From the NCBI GenBank assembly GCA_015063605.1, contig SVTV01000010.1, forward strand, positions 11,300-75,299: a DNA stretch of 64,000 nucleotides, in the 5' to 3' direction. Of this stretch, positions 59,164 to 64,000 are shown one piece after another. A program made the position numbers and the translations under genes. The notes beneath the pieces were generated by a model. It had not been told where the DNA came from and did not search any database. It worked only from the letters and a program-made list of their open reading frames with translations. This stretch comes from Oscillospiraceae bacterium. Lineage in GTDB: Bacteria; Bacillota; Clostridia; Oscillospirales; SIG627. The stretch's first letter is position 1, and each line of letters begins with the position of its first letter.

Positions 59164-61823
59164 TGTCCCAATTATTTTTGAAAATATTAAATATGAGCAT
59201 ATCCGCAAGCTACATCGTTCTTGCAGTACTGCTCTTGCGCACGTTTTTCAAAAAAGCGCCCAAATGGATATCGGTGGTGCTTTGGGGTATAGTAGGTATA
59301 CGCCTTATAAGTCCCTTCTCTATCGAAAGCATATTGAGTCTTATCCCCAGTGCCGAAACATTCGCTCCCACCATTATGACGGACAACGTGCCTGCTATCA
59401 ACAGCGGGATACCTATACTTAACAGCACGATAAATCCAATTATCGGTGAGTCTCTTGCACCAAATCCCGGAGACAGCATCAATCCCCTGCAAATATGGAT
59501 ACCGATCCTTACAGCAATATGGCTTATCGGTGTATTCGCTTTTATCATATACACCCTCGTATCGTATTTGCGCTTAAAAAACATGATCGGCACCGCAGTA
59601 CTTTACAGCGATAATATTTATCAAAGTGAAAACGTCTCCTCGCCTTTTGTCTTAGGGATAGTAAGACCTAAGATCTATCTTCCCTTCAAAATAAGCGACG
59701 GTGATATATCTCATGTCATAGCTCACGAAAAAGCTCACATACACAGAAGGGATCACCTTTGGAAGCCTTTGGGATTCTTGCTTCTTTCACTTCATTGGTT
59801 CAATCCGTTGATGTGGATAGCGTATATCCTTCTTTGCAGAGATATCGAGCTTGCTTGCGACGAAAAGGTCATCAAGGAGCTTGATAAAAGCGAACGTGCG
59901 GATTATTCGCAAGCGCTTCTCTCATGCAGTGTAAACAGACGGATAATTGCCGCATGTCCTCTTGCGTTCGGAGAAGTAAGTGTCAAAAACCGTGTAAAGT
60001 CTGTATTGAATTACAGAAGACCTGCCTTTTGGTTGATAGTGCTTGCATTGATCGTATGCGTATTTACTGCAATTTCATTTCTAACCGATCCTGCAAAAGC
60101 AAAAGGTATCGGTGCACAGACGGGAATTTCTGGATTGGACGGAGTATCATTAAAGATCATTTCAACCGAGCTTTCCGCTCCCGATCCGTTTCTTGAGATC
60201 GAATGGCGTAACGAAACGGAAAACGAGATACTGTTCGGAGAAGCTTTTACGCTTTTCCGCTACGAAAATGGCATACCGGAAAACTGTACCCTAAATGAAA
60301 ATTTCGATTGGACTCTTTCCGCATGTTTACTTTCGCCTTCCCAAACTTTAACTCATAAGTACAAGCTTAACGGTCATATCATGACACAACCGGGTAAATA
60401 CAGATTTGAAACAAAATATACTTTTGCCGGAAAACCCGATTCCGAATATACGGCTTGGATAGATTTTGAATCTAAAAAGAGTGTTGATGTAATGAAGGTG
60501 CATGTCTTTGATCCCGTCGCACTTGTTTACAATGACGGAATATATTCATTTGTTCAAACATCGGAGCATGCTCCGGACTATCTTATCGTTAATGATATGT
60601 GTCTTCTTGAAAGAAGACAAGGTGTTGTTTCCGACGGTATAGGAAGATTTACAGAGATCGATCTCACCGAAGAAACCTTCGATTCGAGATTCAGAGATAC
60701 AACTCACAGTTGGATAGAAAAAGACAGCTTTAACGCTTTAAAGAAAAACAACAAGCGTATGTGGCAGTTTTATCATGAATCGAGCTTGGGCACTTTTGAG
60801 CTTTATATTTTGCTTGAGCAGAAGGACGGAACATTCTATCTCGGCTACGGCTACTATAACAGTAACAGTAATTCACCCGCAAATCCCGACGATTCCCATA
60901 TAAGGTGGCTTTACAGATTAAAAGAAATAAGCGGTAATAACGATCTTTCCCTGAATGGATCTGCCGATACCGAGAATACCGATCTGAGAGAAAAATATCC
61001 GTATTTCTTCGGTATAGACGATAGTGACGGACTTACTGTTTATATATGGCAATTGGCTCCCGAGCACTACCGCTGTTATCTTGTAAGCACCGCAATGGAC
61101 AGGATATCCGATATGAGCTTCGCATTTACGGGCGGAGCTTCCGTAAAAGAAATGCGGGAAATACTTTCTATGTATGGCATACCGAAGAATAAAGTAACTT
61201 TGAAGCCCGTTATCAATCCCATCTCAAGTATGCATTATGTGATAGATGATACATACAGAGAGAATATCAATAAGCTTTTTTGGTCGGATGAATATGCCCC
61301 TTCCGGAAATATAGGTGAAGCGTCCTCGCTTTCGTATGAGATCGAAAGAACGCAGGAGAGAATCGCCGAACTGAAAGCTCTGGCGAATGAAAGTAACGAA
61401 AATATCAAAAAACTTGAGGCTGCAATAAAACATGAAAATGACAAAGGTACTTTTTCAAACAACGAGCTCTTGAATCAATTAACAAATAAATTAAGTCTTG
61501 AAAGAGAGGCAGTAGATCAGATATATAAACAATTGAATGCCGAAAAGGAATACTCAGACATACTGAAAGAGCATTTGGAATATGTACGTGAAGAAACATA
61601 TACCAATATTATTTTCAACTATGAAGGAGAACACACATTTTTCGATCCACAGTATTATAATACATACCGCAATGAAAAAAATGACATGGACAAGGGATAT
61701 AAGTATTATCATATAGCCTTCAGAAAGTGTCATGATTGCGGTGAGGTGTTCGAATCGGAGCCGTTTGGTTGCGGTTATAACTCTGCAACTTGCAGCGGTG
61801 GATGTGTCGAACATTTCCAATAA
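59163..61823 (+). CDS. BlaR1-like M56 metallopeptidase with atypical extracellular domains
   Basis: SPFVLGIVRPKIYLP, HEKAH, HWFNPLMW, ELACDE; no SxxK penicillin-binding domain recognised. Confidence 0.9.
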   Translation: MSQLFLKILNMSISASYIVLAVLLLRTFFKKAPKWISVVLWGIVGIRLISPFSIESILSLIPSAETFAPTIMTDNVPAINSGIPILNSTINPIIGESLAPNPGDSINPLQIWIPILTAIWLIGVFAFIIYTLVSYLRLKNMIGTAVLYSDNIYQSENVSSPFVLGIVRPKIYLPFKISDGDISHVIAHEKAHIHRRDHLWKPLGFLLLSLHWFNPLMWIAYILLCRDIELACDEKVIKELDKSERADYSQALLSCSVNRRIIAACPLAFGEVSVKNRVKSVLNYRRPAFWLIVLALIVCVFTAISFLTDPAKAKGIGAQTGISGLDGVSLKIISTELSAPDPFLEIEWRNETENEILFGEAFTLFRYENGIPENCTLNENFDWTLSACLLSPSQTLTHKYKLNGHIMTQPGKYRFETKYTFAGKPDSEYTAWIDFESKKSVDVMKVHVFDPVALVYNDGIYSFVQTSEHAPDYLIVNDMCLLERRQGVVSDGIGRFTEIDLTEETFDSRFRDTTHSWIEKDSFNALKKNNKRMWQFYHESSLGTFELYILLEQKDGTFYLGYGYYNSNSNSPANPDDSHIRWLYRLKEISGNNDLSLNGSADTENTDLREKYPYFFGIDDSDGLTVYIWQLAPEHYRCYLVSTAMDRISDMSFAFTGGASVKEMREILSMYGIPKNKVTLKPVINPISSMHYVIDDTYRENINKLFWSDEYAPSGNIGEASSLSYEIERTQERIAELKALANESNENIKKLEAAIKHENDKGTFSNNELLNQLTNKLSLEREAVDQIYKQLNAEKEYSDILKEHLEYVREETYTNIIFNYEGEHTFFDPQYYNTYRNEKNDMDKGYKYYHIAFRKCHDCGEVFESEPFGCGYNSATCSGGCVEHFQ

Positions 61824-61854
61824 GATATATCACACCGAATAATTAGGTGAAAAT

Positions 61855-61901
61855 AAGGGCTTAGCTCAAATGTCGTCAGGATCATTGAGTTAAGCCCTTT
61901 T
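61855..61901. terminator. Bidirectional terminator
   Basis: AAGGGCTTAGCTCAA...TTGAGTTAAGCCCTT. Confidence 0.7.
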
Positions 61902-61942
61902 ACTATACAGCTATTTATTTGTTATATCGGATACTATCTGTT

Positions 61943-62254
61943 TTATTTAAACTTTACAGCGGTACCGTAAACGATAACCTCTGCCGCGCCCTGCATAACA
62001 GCCGAAGAAGCATAACGAATATTCACTACCGCATCAGCTCCGAGAGCTTCCGCTTCTTCCACCATTCTCTTTGTGGCGATAGCTCTTGCTTCGTTCATCA
62101 TTTCGTTATACGCCTTAAGCTCACCGCCCACAAGGGTTTTGAAGCTCTGCGCGATATCCTTACCCAAATGCTTTGACTGGATAGTACTTCCTTTTACCAA
62201 GGAAAGAGTTTCCAATTCCTTACCGCTGATATAATCAGTATTTACCAATATCAT
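61943..62254 (-). CDS. YbjQ/UPF0145 family protein
   Basis: LVKGSTIQSKHLGKD...GGELKAY...LGADAVVNIRY...YGTAVK. Confidence 0.93.
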   Translation of the reverse strand: MILVNTDYISGKELETLSLVKGSTIQSKHLGKDIAQSFKTLVGGELKAYNEMMNEARAIATKRMVEEAEALGADAVVNIRYASSAVMQGAAEVIVYGTAVKFK

Positions 62255-62453
62255 CTTCTTCACCTTTCTTTATTTCATTTATTCTTTCCGCACACACCTT
62301 AATAATCAAAACAGTAAATGCAAGCGGGATGATGCCGAGAAGATATTTCCATATACCATCAAGGATCGATATAAGAAATGCAAAATATACTACAAAGTAA
62401 ATAACCATTATGACCGCCACAACGATAGGCGCGATCATTTTATTCCTTTTCAT
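62235..62453 (-). CDS. Small two-TM membrane protein
   Basis: KMIAPIVVAV...ERINEIKKGEEDD; overlaps the start of the ybjQ-like gene. Confidence 0.75.
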   Translation of the reverse strand: MKRNKMIAPIVVAVIMVIYFVVYFAFLISILDGIWKYLLGIIPLAFTVLIIKVCAERINEIKKGEEDDIGKY

Positions 62454-62466
62454 ATTCACACCCGTA

Positions 62467-63993
62467 TCATTTAGCTGCCTTTTTCTTTCCGGAAGCAAGT
62501 ATCACTATCTCGCATACTACCGTGACGGCAATTATACAGATAATAATGATGAGAGTCATATCCGTTCCGCCATCGGTATCGGTCGTATCCCCTGTGTTAT
62601 CGCCGGGTGTTGAAGGAGTGGATGTACCTATAAGAGGATTCTCGATAACATCAATGCCGCCTATTACGGTCTCAGCCTTTACGGGAGCCTTGGGAGGCTC
62701 GCCGCCCATATGAACGAGAGCATAGCTCTTTGCGGAGGAAACAGGCTTGAACGCTATATATTCTCCGTTGCAAATGAGCTCACATTCGGAATAAGAAGAG
62801 CCGTTATACGCATATACGCGGTAATTATCCGAAACATCATATTCCTCAGGCACGCTTACAGCGTAATCATCAAAGGGGAAAGCCGCAGACTTTCCGTTAC
62901 TGTCGATAGTTGTAAAGGACATGCATTTAACTATATGACCGTTTTCGATCTTTGCGGAAGGTGCGGATATGGTTTTAACCTTGAGAGCACCGTTGAAGGT
63001 GTATGAGCTGAATTCCTGAGAAACTCCGTCGGAATCGCTTTCATCCAACACATAAAGCGTGGAGTCGCCCGCAACTGCGGGAGCGCCGCTGGGAATTCCC
63101 GAATAGAACACGTTAATACCGCCCTTGAAGGTTACGGAGCTGTAAACAGCTACGGTTCCTACCTTGCCGCCGGTAATAAACAGATTCTGATCTCCCGTTA
63201 CTGTCGATGCCTGACCGCCAAGATTCAATGTACTGATCTGGCAATCACCGTGAATACCTATATTCACCTTCTTCGATATAGTGCCCAGACCCGTCCAAAG
63301 AGTTCCCACAACCGCATTTCCGCCGATGTTCAGATCGGTAGCCATATCCTTGTGGGGAGCAAAGACGTGTGCATATGTACCGCCGAAAAGCTCTACCTTT
63401 CCCGAAGCATTGATATAGCAGTCATTGGACTGGCTCTGGCAGTAAGCGGAATCGTCCACTCTGAGATGATTTGTGGAGACAATGGTAACACGGCCATTGC
63501 CATACAAAAACTCAATGTTTTCAAAGATCAAGGGACCGCCTGCCGTTATAACGCCCTGATATCTTCTGTAATCCTCGGAACCGTATTTATTTCCGAATAT
63601 AAGCTTGGAATCGGAGTCCGCACCGCAGATCGTTACCGGATTCTGATGAGATGCCGAAGAAAGATCCAGGTTGTATCTTGCGGAATCCTTTACAGAATCC
63701 ACCTTACCGTCCTCACTGTCGAAGAGAGTCAAGGTATCCTTTATAATAATATAACCGCCGGATTTTTCCTTGGTGTTTGTACTGTTGGACAATGCATTAA
63801 AAGCTCTTTTCAATGTTTTGAAGGGAGCATTTTCCGAGCCGTCATTGGAGTCCTTACCGCTGTCGGAAATGTATACACACTTTCCGTTTCCGGGATCGTA
63901 TGTGTACTTATCAGCAGCCGAAGCATGAAAAGCACTCATGGCAAGAACCATGGAAAGGATCAATATAAATGCAATAGATCTTTTTAATTTCAA
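62467..63993 (-). CDS. Secreted, C-terminally anchored surface protein
   Basis: Signal peptide; VYISDSGKDSNDGSENAPFKTL motif typical of beta-helix protein N-termini; T/D/G linker, TM and basic tail. TTG start near the window edge. Confidence 0.7.
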   Translation of the reverse strand: MKLKRSIAFILILSMVLAMSAFHASAADKYTYDPGNGKCVYISDSGKDSNDGSENAPFKTLKRAFNALSNSTNTKEKSGGYIIIKDTLTLFDSEDGKVDSVKDSARYNLDLSSASHQNPVTICGADSDSKLIFGNKYGSEDYRRYQGVITAGGPLIFENIEFLYGNGRVTIVSTNHLRVDDSAYCQSQSNDCYINASGKVELFGGTYAHVFAPHKDMATDLNIGGNAVVGTLWTGLGTISKKVNIGIHGDCQISTLNLGGQASTVTGDQNLFITGGKVGTVAVYSSVTFKGGINVFYSGIPSGAPAVAGDSTLYVLDESDSDGVSQEFSSYTFNGALKVKTISAPSAKIENGHIVKCMSFTTIDSNGKSAAFPFDDYAVSVPEEYDVSDNYRVYAYNGSSYSECELICNGEYIAFKPVSSAKSYALVHMGGEPPKAPVKAETVIGGIDVIENPLIGTSTPSTPGDNTGDTTDTDGGTDMTLIIIICIIAVTVVCEIVILASGKKKAAK

Positions 63994-64000
63994 AATTTTC

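Overview
A 64 kb chromosomal window from a spore-forming Clostridia-like Firmicute (full spoIIIAA-AH operon, dapL, sigma-A promoters). Most of it is housekeeping: khpA-rpsP-ffh-ylxM, spoIIIA, dapL, tyrS-recN-argR-nadK-tlyA-dxs-xseB-xseA-nusB, ilvE, trkAH-valS-thrE, GH2 and GH78 glycosidases, and a blaI/blaR1-like pair. Two accessory zones hold the unexplained structure. Zone 1 (13.9-15.4 kb) has a MITE-like repeat, a SLOG gene with a divergent ribbon-helix-helix gene, and a promoter enclosed by 20-bp inverted repeats. Zone 2 (29.7-36.5 kb) is an integrase-free island behind tRNA-Lys. It contains a ~175-bp symmetric ladder of mini-hairpins with strand-switching GNA triloops in front of a four-helix-bundle gene, three XRE-HTH/helical-repeat regulators, a zinc-peptidase lipoprotein, a 4 x 75-bp array in which each unit carries an extended -10 box and a palindrome, a second inverted copy of the MITE, and a 40-bp hairpin direct repeat. 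No CRISPR array, cas gene, integrase or transposase was seen. Product calls come from motifs recognised by eye, not from database searches.
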